This document shows, piece by piece, positions 1 to 13,400 of a DNA stretch of 64,000 nucleotides. The DNA is from a virus. Below the pieces are notes generated by a model. The model saw nothing but the letters and a program-made list of their open reading frames with translations, ran no database searches and was not told the DNA's origin. The stretch lies in IMG/VR virus record IMGVR_UViG_3300009678_000058. One strand, 5' to 3'. Positions within the stretch are counted from its first letter, which is position 1; each line of letters starts with the position of its first letter. The position numbers and the translations under genes were made by a program.

Positions 1-1476
1 AGCCTTGTCAGATACTCCTTCAATTTCCATTACTGTCTCAATAAAATAATCTCTTTGTGACTCAAAGCGGGCTAATGCATTCTTTTGCTTGGTGACATGC
101 TGATCATAACCTTTTTCCCCCAGCACATCCACTAACTCTTTCCTGTGTGCTATAGCTTCAGCACTGGCAGCTCCTGATATTTCAGGAATAAGAGCAGGAT
201 TCATCATGATGGTATTCTGCCTCCTCCATCTCTTATGATCCTCAAAGGCTTTATTAACAGCTCTTGTTTTCTGTTTATAATCAAGATAGGTCAGGGCATC
301 CTTGAACTTATCATCAAATTTATTAGCTACTGTATCACTGGCATCAAAGAACTCTTTGACAAATCTTCTGACCAAGCCTCCTGTTTCATTACCATCCTTA
401 GTGATCTCTTTGTATAACTGAAAAGATGCTCCTTTAAGACCTATGATTCCAGATCCCCGCAGAGAGTGTCCTTTCTTAATAAGAGCCTTCTGTACTCTTG
501 GACTCATATCATCAATAGTAGTAGCTACACCTCTTGACCATGACAGCTTCTCTTCAAATGAATTGGCAAGATAAGTGAACATGGCCTGTGGGAGTAAACC
601 ATTAGTGGAGAAGATACCCTGAGTGATATCCATAGTCCACATATCAATGAAGTGTGTATCCTTCAAGCCTGATTGATTATAGACCAGTTCTTCAAAGCTG
701 AACTTCTTATTACCATAAGTCCTCTTTACAGAGTAATCATTATTAACAGCATTCTCCGTTATCTCCTGTTCTCTTTTATTAACAACACTCTGAAGGTCTT
801 CAGCTTCCAGTCTCCATGCTTTGAATTTATTCATTAACTCAGCAGACTGTACATAGACAGTAGTAAGTTTACCATCTGCATCTTTCACAAACATCTCTTC
901 TTCAGTGAAGAAAGGATTATCCTTACCCAGTTCAAATGTACCAGCCTTTGTATAGAAGTCAATTAATCTCTGTGCCTCATGTATATCATCAATATTGGAT
1001 GAATAGGCCAATGCTGTCAGTCTCTCCAAATCTCTTTCTACATAAAATCCTATAGCATCAATATCCCTTAGTTCCTCAAGGTCTTCAATCTCATCCATTA
1101 TTCCTTTCTTGTCCAGTTCATAGCTACCCTTTATCTGAAGCTCAAGTACTCTCTCCTGTTTATTCAATGCAGTTATCTGTTCCTTGGTAAGGTCTTGCTT
1201 TTTCTTATCACGCTTAACCACATCAAGCCTTCTGCGGTATTCCAGTAATTGAGTCCTCTTGAATTCCACAAAATTGGCAAATGCTCCCTGTTCAGGAGGA
1301 ACACTATTAGAGACAGGAAAGAAGCTGAGATTACTATTATGCAGTGTTCCTGTATTGTTCATGATATGCTCCTGCTCTATCCTGTTGGCAGCAAAGGGTC
1401 TGGTGAAATCAGGATGCTTCAGGAGTTCCTCTTCTGTATATTGTCTTCCCTTGTAGTTATATGAACATGCAGCCAT
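1..1476 (-). CDS. Large virion cargo/ejection protein, partial (runs off the left edge; absent from the ORF track)
   Basis: ATG at 1476-1474 directly follows the TAA of the RNAP gene. I hand-translated ~180 codons without a stop (MAACSYNYKGRQYTEEELLKHPDF...); the remainder was not translated. Helical and charged. Position matches the block of giant cargo genes in crAss-like phages. Confidence 0.75.
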   Translation of the reverse strand, partial: MAACSYNYKGRQYTEEELLKHPDFTRPFAANRIEQEHIMNNTGTLHNSNLSFFPVSNSVPPEQGAFANFVEFKRTQLLEYRRRLDVVKRDKKKQDLTKEQITALNKQERVLELQIKGSYELDKKGIMDEIEDLEELRDIDAIGFYVERDLERLTALAYSSNIDDIHEAQRLIDFYTKAGTFELGKDNPFFTEEEMFVKDADGKLTTVYVQSAELMNKFKAWRLEAEDLQSVVNKREQEITENAVNNDYSVKRTYGNKKFSFEELVYNQSGLKDTHFIDMWTMDITQGIFSTNGLLPQAMFTYLANSFEEKLSWSRGVATTIDDMSPRVQKALIKKGHSLRGSGIIGLKGASFQLYKEITKDGNETGGLVRRFVKEFFDASDTVANKFDDKFKDALTYLDYKQKTRAVNKAFEDHKRWRRQNTIMMNPALIPEISGAASAEAIAHRKELVDVLGEKGYDQHVTKQKNALARFESQRDYFIETVMEIEGVSDKA

Positions 1477-4400
1477 TTAACAAATTTTTTCTTGGTTACT
1501 TAATGAAGCTATGTAAGCACTGACTGATTCACTGGCACTGGGACTGAGATTATCACCTGTAGGCCACAGGTCATTTTCATTAAAATACCCACCTTCAGTG
1601 GTATCATTCATATCACCATACTGTGCCTGATAAGGATCAAAGCCATCCCTGATATTCTCAGCCTCAATCAATTCAAATATATTATTAAAAGCTGCCTCTG
1701 CTACACTCCCAGGTTTTATATCCACACCCATAGCAGTCAGTATTGCATTAATGATCTGTTTGAACTTGCTTAATGCACTTTGGTTTTCTCCTCCCATAGG
1801 AATATTAGAAAGATGAGCCTGAAACTTCTTATTGGTCATAGCCATAGTAATAAACTCCTTCAGGTTGATCATGCCATAGAACTGATCTATTTCTGCCTGA
1901 GTTATTTTCTGCTTATTAGCCATAGCAGCAGCTATCCTCTCCACCTCACCTTTTGGCATGCTATTCTTTACCCTGTTATACAACATGATAAGATTAGAGA
2001 CATAAGCAGGAGCATCACTGGTCTTCACCTGTGGATTAGCAGTATCCAGACCATCAATATAAGGCATAAGCTGCCTGACAGTAACACCATGCACTACTTC
2101 ATGCATAAAGGTATCTGCCAGCTTATCAGCATTGCTGAGTATTGACTCTTTTATATAAATGGTATTACCAGTGGCTTCATAAACACCAAGGGCTGTAGCA
2201 TGTGACTCTTCCCCTATCATGATACTATCCATAGTGACCACCTTGATACCATCAACAAAAGGAATTAATTCTTTAGCCAGTAAAGCAAAAGGAGTTGTAC
2301 TCTTACTGATATTAGTGACCATCTTTGTAACATCACCACCAGTCTTGATATCAAAGTTATTGGTCACTGTATCAGGATTCTCCTCTTCTATTATTGGTGC
2401 TGGTTTAGGTCTGAAGGCCATCCTTGTATTGATAGAAGATACTCCCATATCTACAGCAGGTTGGTATTCATCCATACCAAAAGCTCCCAGTATAGGAATC
2501 CTGACATACCTTCCAGTTGTTCCATCAAGCCAGTATAACTTGAACTTCTTATCCCCCTTCATTACAGTAGTGTCATAGACTGATACAAAGGTTGGCTTCC
2601 TGCCATCTATGAAAGTAAAAGTTCCATCAGGATGCATAAGAGCAGCAGCAGCCAGTTTCTTAGCATCATACTTGGCTTGTACTCTCTCAGGGTAGTGCTG
2701 GATATACTGCATGGTGAACCTGCTTACAAAATGCTTATCAGTACCATCATCCTTCTTCATTTTAAGACCCAACAGGGTGGAGTCATAATGAAACCTGTCA
2801 TTATTTTTCCTCATGGCAAGGGAATAGCCCATTGCATTGAGGTAAGCTACAGGGACATACTTGGTATATTGTATGGCTTCCTGTACTGCATTACCAAGAT
2901 AAGCTGCCAGTATCATGTCCTGTGCCAGTTCATCAAGAGTATACTCCTTGCCGTTAAAGGAAGGTAACTGTATCTTGCTTCCATCAGGATTTCTCTCTGT
3001 CAGCATCATTGACATAGAATCATAAAGGTACTGCTCATCAAACTCCTCTCCATCTGCATTGTTATACTTAACAAGTGAAGGCATACCATTCTTTTGGATA
3101 CCATCAAACTCAAACCTGTTAAGTAACTTGTTGGTCTTGATATATTCATCTATGGTCTTGTCACCTATTGTATTCTTTAGTCCCTTGATATAAGTAGCCA
3201 GTGACCTGTTTGTATCAGTATCAATATATAATCTTGCCCTCTCTGCATTGACCTCATCATTAGTCAGGCCATTGCCTTGTTCAGCAGCTAAAAACTTCTT
3301 GACATTCTGGAAGATGTGCTGTTTCTTTTCCACATTGCTTAATTCCAATCCTTTTTCTGTAGTAGTGACACCTAATATTTCCTTGAAGACCTCTTCCATA
3401 TTCTTGGTATCATAAGGAAAGAACCTGCTCCACAGGTTATAAGCCAGTGTGACTCCATTGATGCTGAAGCCTCCTGATAATGTTTCAGGTAGTACCATAT
3501 ACTGACCTATATCCATGTAACCCAGTTTTTGTAACTCCTGTAGCCTGCTGGCAGGTAAGCCTGCTTTGCGGATATAGTCCCCTATCAGGGCTGAAGCTCC
3601 CTGAATAGTGTCAGTATCCACTCCAAGTTTATTCAGCTTCTCCCTCTTATCAATGACATCAAAGAAGGACTTGCCCAATCCCTTGGAGTCTGTATTGATA
3701 CTGGTCTGTATTCCCCTGACAGCTATACCATACTTTCTCATATCCAAGAACCTGTTAAGCACAGCTCTCTGTATAAGAGCATCAGGCTTCAATGCTCTGA
3801 TACCTGTCCTGAAGTTATCATTATTCATCAGGTCAGAGGTCACCTCTTCATATTTAAGAGGATCAACATTCTCCCATGTCTTCTCAGGATCATACTTAGC
3901 AATCAGTTTATCTATTACAGCCTGTTCCTTATCTTCTGAAAACTCTGCCATGATAGAATTAATGTTCTTCATTTCCAGTACAAAGTCTCGTATAATAGGT
4001 TGAGATAAGAATAGAAATGGAATGGAGTCACCATCTGCTCCTTTATCAATACCTGTAAGCATGAACATCTTGAATACATCAAGGGTCATATCATTAAGGC
4101 CAACCCTGCCCATTACTTGCAGCTTTTCATTGTCCACTGCTATCTGCTGGGCTTCAGTTACTACCTCTGCTATATCCCTGCCCTTATCTCTTGTAGCAAA
4201 GCCACCCAGTTCAGGGTCAGAAGTAACTGTACCAAACCTCCATGTCTTGGGGATTTTTTTCTTTGCTCCTTCTTTTTCTGATGTAGGGTCATCTATCACT
4301 TCTATTAATGTGATAGGCTTACCAGATATTCTTGCCTGTTGAGCCATAGAATGGAATACCACATCCAAAGAGAAAGCACCAGTAGCTATTTTACCTGAAG

Positions 4401-7400
4401 CTCCTGATATCAGTTTGGCCTTCTGGTATTCATCACTTAAAGGAGTCCAGTAAGTACTATCCCTGTCAAGGTTAGTAAGCTCCTCAATCTTCATGGCTTG
4501 CTTCTCAGCAAACTTAGTATTCAGTACCCTTGCAATCTTAGCCTGTAATTTAGGATCAGGATTATTGAATACAGCATGGTTGATCTTAATAAGCTCATTC
4601 TGCATCAGCTTCTCATTGATCTTGGAGTTAAGCCTGCGGAGATACTTATTCTCTTCAAAGTCCTGTTCATCATAAGCTGCTGCTTCAAACAGGGTATTAA
4701 GAAGATGAGTTTCCCGTATCTTAGTCCTGACTTTATCCATTACATGCTTCTTGGCATTTGGGCCTTCAGCTTCCTCATACTCCTTTCTTAATTCAGCCAG
4801 GTCAGCCTTCTTCATTTCCCTGTCAGCATCAAAGAGTAATTCCCTTCTGTGCTTTTCCTGAAGCATTTCCAGCTTGCCTTCTTTAGTAGTATGTGTCCAG
4901 AACTGGTAGGAGTTCTCCTTATCCACATCAAAGTCCAAACCTTTTTGCTTAGTAAAGTTCTTGGGGACTATCATGAGGTCAGCACTCTGAGCAGGCAGGA
5001 AACCAGCTATCTCAATCTGTGAAGCTGATTGGTGACCTGATGTTGGAATTCTGAAGGACAGCATAGATAAGAGTTCCTTATCAAACATATCCTGCTTCAA
5101 GGTAAAACCCCCTCCTGCCTTTTGTTCAATGTAAATATACTTACCATCTACCTTCTTGAACAGGTCTATCAGATTACCATCAGCTCCTTTGAATTTAGAG
5201 GCCATGAATACCTGTGCCTTCTTCATGGTGCCACCTTCATCTACAGTAGAGGTCAGATGAGTACCATTCCATGCAGAGGTATAGATAATCTGTGATGTGT
5301 CAACTCCCTGTATGTTACTGGGGTATTCTTCATTTAAAATTTCTGCTAAAGCTCTTGCTTGAGAGACTTTACTGGAAGCAAACTTATCAGTAAGAGTTTT
5401 GTCTTTTGCTTTCTGAGCAAGGTCTTTTAATAATTCAGGATTTTCATTAAGATAAGTTTTCCATAGTTGTTTGTATTCTTCCCATTGCTGCTGTTCAGTT
5501 ATATCTCTTAGAGGTTTTTTACCTTTACCTAATCTCCAGTTATCACCCTGAGTTCTATAACCTTTTACATCAAGTTGATAAGCTTCTTCAATAGTTCTGC
5601 CATCATTTAATTTTGCATATAAAGCACTAAATCTTTTATCACCAGCAGAAGATACTTCATAACTATTATCCTGATATCTTGCCCAAGTGTAATTACCAGT
5701 CATCTCCAGTTTCTTTCTGATAAATCCTTCTTCACTACCTACTACAGAAGACACTCCTGGGAATTTCATCTTGATTATCCTGTTAGTAATGATAGCATTG
5801 AGCATGCTTTCATACCTGTTGGAATTAGAGGATGCCCACAGGGGAAGATTGAACTCTCCATCAATAAGAGTTAAGCCTTCAATATCCTGCAAGGGATAGC
5901 CTCTCTTGATAGCCTCATTCTTTAACAAGTCCTGAAGTTTAGCCATTGACCTGTTTGCATTCTTGGGAATGCCAAACTCATCAAGGCCAAGCTCATCAAA
6001 TAGCTGAGCTTTCTTTTCCTTGACCAGATTAAGAAACAGGTCATTGTACTCCTTATGTAATGAAGTTCCTGTTCTGGGTTCTCCATTGTAGCTGAAACCA
6101 TTGAAGTTCATGATCTCATCCCCAAAGAGCAGCTTCATTAATTGAGTTCCCAGTGAGATAGTATCTTCTCCCTGCTTACCACTCTTGAAAGGTACATCCT
6201 GCTGTATCCTGAAGTTCTTTCTGTCAAGAATTAATACAGGAGAACTTTCCATACCAGCAGGTATATCTGCATGATCATTTAAATGTTCAGTGATAGTACC
6301 ATCTTCATTCCATAAAGCAAGTGGAGTAGTTAAAGCACCAACCTTATTAGCTGATTGATATGAAGCTCTGACATTCATCTTGTTAGATTTTTGTATCTGC
6401 TCCATTTTAATTCTCAACTTATCAATCTCCATTCCCTTGGTGAGCTGAGGAATAAGAGGGAAAGATGAACACTTAATATATACCACTCTCATCATGTCCT
6501 GCTTCTCATCATGCATCCTTCCTGTATAAACAGGCTTCATAGGCTGCATGATCTTGGTGATAAGCTGTTGTTGTGTGGGAGTAATAGGTTCACCCTTCTC
6601 AAATATCTCAGCAGCCTCATTCAGTTGCTCTTGGGTAATATCCATTAAGCCATCACCATTTTTACCCAAGCGGGATAAGATATCAAGATGCTCCTTCCAT
6701 GTAGTATATTCCTGACCATCAGCAGCCTCAATGTCCCTGTAAGCTGCTGCTCCTTCTTTACCTAATATCTTCTCAAGATATTCAATGTTCTCAGCTACCA
6801 CACCTTTCCTGTCAGCAAGCATAAGCTGCAGGTATTGTTCCTTTGCTGAGTTAGCCAGTCCAGTTCCGGGAGCTATCTGGTTAGCCAGCCTCTTACCTAC
6901 ATTGGTGAAGACATCTTTGGCTACCTGTACATCATATTCAAGATCAGTCTTAAACTTAGCTCTTGTAGTAGTATCATCCACTTTATACATCTGTGCAGGG
7001 TCTCCAATGATTGCCATGAAAGAATTGGAATTAGCTACCAAACTATTGATAACATAGTCCATAGCTGCCATAGTAGCTCTTTGCCTATTATCTCCCCTGA
7101 ATTTATCCATGTACTTCTTATCAAAGAATTGCAAGGACACTTTACCATCAGCATCAGTCTTGGTTATACCATCTGTTTCCCATACTTTAAGCTTCTCTTT
7201 TACCAAACTCTCTACATAGCTCCTGATCTCATTATTAAAACCTTTCTTAACTTCTTCATTCTGCTCTAAGAATTGGAGGTTAAAGTCAGCAGGCTGATTG
7301 TATATCAGGTCAACTAACCTATCTCCATTCAACCTGATTTTATCATTGAGTGCTGGCATATTCAGAAACATCTTAGCTCCTGCATCATAGGACTTGACAT

Positions 7401-10400
7401 TAGTTTTATGATTTAATTCAGCATGTTTTATCATTCTTTTAAGCTCTGGCTTGACCACCTGTTCATAGATAACCTTAACAACTTCATCTGTTATACCACC
7501 ATCCCCGTTATTGAGATCAGCATTCTGAAAATGAAGAACAGCAGTGGTTATCAGTGTCATCACTTCCTTATCTGACATGGTGGGAGAGAACATGGTAGCC
7601 ATCCTCATGGCTATATCAGTGCCGGGATATTTATTCAGGACTGCTTTACTATCATCAGCCTGAAGCTCTACTTCTCCCTGTGTCATATCACAGAAGAATC
7701 CCAGTTTGTCAAGCTCATGGTCAGTGTCAGCCAGCTTGGTGATCCCAGTATCCTTATACAGCTTCTTCCCCTGCTGTTTAAAGGCAGTGAGACCTATATG
7801 AGAGACTTTGAACAGTGTCCTGAACTTAGGGCTGCTCTTCAGGCATTGCAGCCACAGGGAGGGACTTGAATAAGATGTGCTCATCAGGTTCTTAAGCAGG
7901 GCATGGTTATCAGGGTCTTTCAGCTCCATTACTGTATCAGTGATAGATTTACGGGCTGTAAGGGCAAAGATAGATTTACCAGCATCCCTGAAGGCAAAGG
8001 GAGAGATAGAAGTGTTATACTTGGCATCAACAACAGCCAGTGATCCTATTACAGAATCATCCAGCAGGTTATCACCTTCCTCTGTAAAATCATGAACTCC
8101 TTCCTTCTCTACCAGTAATTTTAACTTTAGATGCAGTATATGGAATAGTCCATTGCCACTGGTGAACAGGTCTGCTGTACTCCTCTTTCCATAGTTATGA
8201 TACATACCACTGGTCAATATCTCTGATAGTGTATCAGGATGAAGTTCTATCCCCAATTCTCTCAACCACTTATCTACACTCTCATTGCTCTTTATATCCT
8301 GCTTGTCAATACTGGCTATCTTAAATTCATTGTCACTTACTCTTGTCACCTGAAAATCCTGCCCCTTCATAGAGAACTGCACCCTTGTGGTTTGACCAGT
8401 CAGGTTTTGATTAAGCCATGCTAACAACTCACCTATAGGCTTTATGTTCATGGTCTTGGCAGGTCTTCCAGCAGCTTTATCTGTAGCAGCTACAGCAGGC
8501 TTAACCTGATCCACAGTTGGCCTGTAGCCTGACATATCAAGTGGAATCTTGGTAAGGCCAATACCCAACCATGATTCATATTGCTTTATCAGGTACTTTG
8601 CCCTCTCCTTATTGAAAACATAGTGACCAGTAACATCATCAACCATTACTATATCCTTTCCATTTTCAGTTAGATTACCCCTCCATTCTTTCTCTATTGC
8701 ATCAGCTACTCCACTTAAGTTAGTATCATATACTTTAGTAGTCCATGTTCCAGTCATCTTATTCTCAGTGATCATGACAAACTTCATCCTGAGACTGGAG
8801 TTATCCATTGCTGTTACAAACTGGCTCTTCTTCTGGTTTGTTGTGCTTTCAAGTCTCCTGATAACTTCAGCCATCCAAGGTACAGTCTTAACATGAGTCT
8901 TCAACTTGGCTATCATGGTATCAAAGTCAGCAGGTGTATCAGCCAAAGCTGTCATTAATCTTCTCACTACTTCATCTGAACCAACATAAGTATCCAATCC
9001 CAGGAACCCTTTCATTATCTTACCATCCTTGTCATACTCATTTATCTGCCCAAAGAATCTTCTCATAGAGTATGTCAGCTTCTGTTCAGGAGATTCTGTC
9101 AGTACATTAGTGGAGAAATCACCACCAAATAAAACCTCTTCTTCTGTTGAATTGGTTTCAGGGTTCTCTTCACTGGATTGCTGATCATTCTCTTTCTCAT
9201 TGGTAACCTTGTCCTCTGTTATTCCAGTGTACTTGGCTACCCTGTTATAAGCCTCTTCCTGTAATACATCAAAGCTCTCCCTGACAGCTTCTATCTGGGC
9301 AAGTCTCTTCTCATAAGTAGCTATGTTTGATGTCATCTTTGAATTAGCAAACTGGGGAAACTTGGCTATCAGTTCTTTGGCAATTCTAACTTCTTCTTTG
9401 TGATGTGTTTCAATAGGAGCTATAGTCTTATCAAAAGCTGCCTTCACCTCTCCATCCACCATAGTCCTGCTTACTGCCACACTATCCAAGTCCACCATTG
9501 CAACAATCTGGTTATATATGAAGTCCACTATATCAAATTGCTGGTCAGGAGTAAGACCTGCTATTCTTAATAGTGACTCTTTTACATATTCTATCTGTGC
9601 CTCTGTCATTGGAGTAGGTGCATAACTGGCTTGTGGAGCAAGATCAGGTAACTTCTCTCCCTCATTAAATTCCTTACCCAATCCTTTCTCAGCTCTGGCT
9701 AACCATTCTGCCATAGCCTTCTCAGCCATCTCTTCAGCACTTGGCCCTTCAAGTTTAGGTTCACCGGGAGGAGTTACTTCCTCTTCTTCTTCTACCACTG
9801 TCCCTTTTTTAGGTGTCTCCACTTCTCTTTCCTCCTCCATCTTCTTAGCCATCTCATCATTAGTAGGAGCATGTCTTTGCTTATCCAGATTTGATACCAG
9901 ATCAAAAGTGATCACAGGCTGTATATTGGTTACATAATTTGGCTCAGCAGCAGTACCAATATTATGAGACCTCACATTAGTCTTGATCCTGTCAAGCAGG
10001 TAATCCTTATAGCTGGGAGAAGTTTTATTAGTGGTATATTCAGCACCTATAGTGATGATGGGCTTATTAGCATTAAGATTGGGAAGATCAACATTCTGTT
10101 CAAAGTAATCAAGGATACCTGACTTTGCAAAATCTTCCACTACCTTGTCAATGATTTTAGGATCAGTGACATTAGGATTGATATACTGGGAACCCACTCC
10201 CTTACCTTTAGCATTGGTAAAGGAATTCTGTCCTGTTCTCCCAAATATAATATGTCCACCCTGCAAAGCAACAAAGGGAGTTCCCGGAGCAAGATTAGCT
10301 CTTGCTGCTCCTTCAACTACCTCTCCATAGGTCTGATTAACTCCAGCCTTTGTCTTTGAATTGAATATCAGCATGAAGTGATTGAGATAAGCTTCAATAC

Positions 10401-13400
10401 CTGCTGGGCTATAGATATCAATACCCATCTCTGTCCTGATAGTATCTACTACAGCCTGATGCTTGTCAGACTTCTTAGGATTACTTCTATGGGCATATAT
10501 ATAAATAGCCCTCAGTACAGAAGCTCTTGCATCCTTATCCAGTTTATCCCTGAAGGTTGGGAATCCCATATAGGTCTTCTTGCCATCACTGTTGGTTCCA
10601 TATCTTCTTACATCTATAATTGCCCCCTTCCTGAAGTGCTCAATGTTCATAAGTACATCAGTATCATTAGGGAACCTGACACCTAATTCTCCTCTTGCAG
10701 TATTAAGACTGGTTGCTGTCATAGCTATGGTCAGCTCAGTGTCAGGATTAGCTTCACGAAGAGTGATATTATTATATTCAGTACCCTTGTTGGTCTTTAG
10801 TCCTTCAAAGGTGGTTTGACGTTTTTCAGTGATCTCAATAGGAGTTGCTGCTCTCCTGTCAGCCAGCACAGCTTCCCTGATCTGTCTTGTATGAGCAATG
10901 GCATTAGCCATAGCCTGAGAAGAATCCTGATCAAACCTTTCAGGATGATACCAGCCAACATCATGTACAAAGGCAAGACCCTTCTGGCCTGAGAGACTTT
11001 TACCCTTATCATAAATGATCATAGGAATCTTGTCAAGGTACTCAGGTGAATCAGGAGTAATGTGAGGATTCTGTGCCAAGTACTGCCCAAAGGTGATAGC
11101 AGTTCCTTTAGTGCCATCTGGATTAAACATAGGAACTTTAATCTCAAGGTGATTAGCAGGAATCATGATCTCCATTGCAGTACCTGCCACATACCTGTCA
11201 GGGTCTAGCAATTGCAGGCTGTCAACATACTCTCCTACATTCAATTCATCAGCAGTATATTCAAAGGAAATCTCTATTCCCTCATCAGTCTGTGTCCTGA
11301 CAACAGTGGCAAACTTTGTAAGGAAAGCAAACTTGGGTGAAGACTCATTAGTAACATAAACTCTCTTACCCACTTTATCTTTATAGAAATACTTGGGTTG
11401 ACTATTAGGATCAAATTGAGTTTGCCCATTAGCTTTAGCCTCCACTGGTGCAATAGTGACATCAGTAGCATCACTTAATTTCTTGTTGGTATTAATCATT
11501 CCCCTTCCACTCTCCACAAAGTCATTCATAGGATCACCAAATATCTTGGTATAGATAGAAGCATAATCCTGTGGGGGCATATTGTTCTTCTCCCAACCAT
11601 AGACAGCAGCATTAAAAAGTTCATCAGCCACACCAATCCCCTGAACCTTTGCAATGTGTCTTATCAAATCTTCAAAGTTAGGCTCACCACCAAGTCTTGC
11701 TATCAGTCCTGCAACACTGGTAACTACTTTATCCTTTGTCTCCTGTGGTGAACCTTCAATATCAAGAGGCTCAGGGGCAAAGCTGGTAGAAGCTTCAGGA
11801 GACATGGAACCTAAATCCAGTTTAGTCCCTCCTGTATCTTCAGGATCACCAGTAGTCTTCTTACCCTTCATGCCATTGATGTAGTCATTGTCTGCACTGA
11901 ACATATCAAAGTTACTTGATACAGAAGAAGCATTCTGTTGTGCTACAACAGCCTGAGCAGCTTCAGCAGCAGCTATCTCACTCTCCTTCTTATTAGCAGC
12001 TTCCGTCTCCTCTGCTGTAGCACCCCCAGGTTTATTAGCTGCCGCATCCTTGGTATTCTGTACCTGTGCTCTTGTCCTAGCCTTATTAATTGATTCTTTA
12101 TTTCTTTGATCAAGGTATTTGGGATTATTCCACAAAGCAATATTTTTCCTCTGAAGTGCTATGGCATTCTCAAGATGAACGTTATCCTTATTTAATCTCT
12201 GGTAAGCAGGACTTGTAAGTGCTGACCTGATAATGTCACTGTCTTTCTCTTTTTCTTCAGCAGCATAAGTATCATCGGTTGCAATTTCCTGTAGCCTGTC
12301 ATTGATTTTAGTAAGTTTAAGTTCATTACTCTTGATCAGGGCATTTATATTATCTCTCTCCATCTGGTTCTCTGTAGCCCTGTGCTGTTCTGTGAGTCTT
12401 GCTCTTTCAAGATGAAGACTGAGTAAATCATACTCAGCTTCATATTGCTCCCTTCCATAACTTGATAACAGGTCATATTGTGTGAGTTTGGTTTTTGCTC
12501 CTGCCAGTTTAAGGTCATGCTGTGATTTCTCCTGTAATAATTTATTAAGCTGGAAGTGATCTGAAGTGACTTCAGGAACAAAGTTCTTATTGTATTTATC
12601 TTTAACTGAATCATAGATGGCTTTTAGTTCATGAGCATCATCAATACTATCCTGAAAGTTCTTCTTCACATATTCAATCTGCTCTGGTGTAGGACTTTCA
12701 AAACCTACATCCTGCAAGGCTTCAGCTTTTCCATTGGTCACATCATCCAGAGTTCCCTGCAGGTATGCTATGTGAGCATTAAAGGCAGTATCCTTATCTG
12801 TCATAGCATCATAGTGAATACCTCCCAGTGCTTTCTTATTCCTGAATTGCCTGCGAACTATATCAGCTTCCTTATGCTTGCCTTGTTGCTGCAATAGCAT
12901 TATCTCCATTCCTATTGCACTATCCATCTTGCCTACATTCTTTACATAGTCATTATGAAGTTCATTAAGCATCCTTGTTCTGCCTCCATCAATGGCCTTG
13001 TTAGTCAGCTTCATAAATCCTCCAATGATAGGAGAACCAATTACACCACCAGCAAAGTTGTTCCAGAATTCATCCTCTCCTACTGCTCCTCCCACTCTGC
13101 CAAGGAAAGTGGTAGCATCATCCATACCCCCCAGTACTCTTGCATAGTGCTTACCTTCACTGGAGGCTATATATTGCAGTCCCTCTTCAGTACCTTCTGT
13201 TAAACCTGTTACACCAAACTGGGTTGCTCCTCTTAAATATTTATTACCAATCTTAGCCAGTCCTCTTTCAATCAACCCTGTACTTGAACCACTGATAGGA
13301 TTAAATACCATTGTCCTGTAGCCAAGGATATCCAAGGGAAGAAGAGCCATGTTACCCATGTAAGTCCTGTCAGCACCAGCATTGGCATATTCTTCTACCT

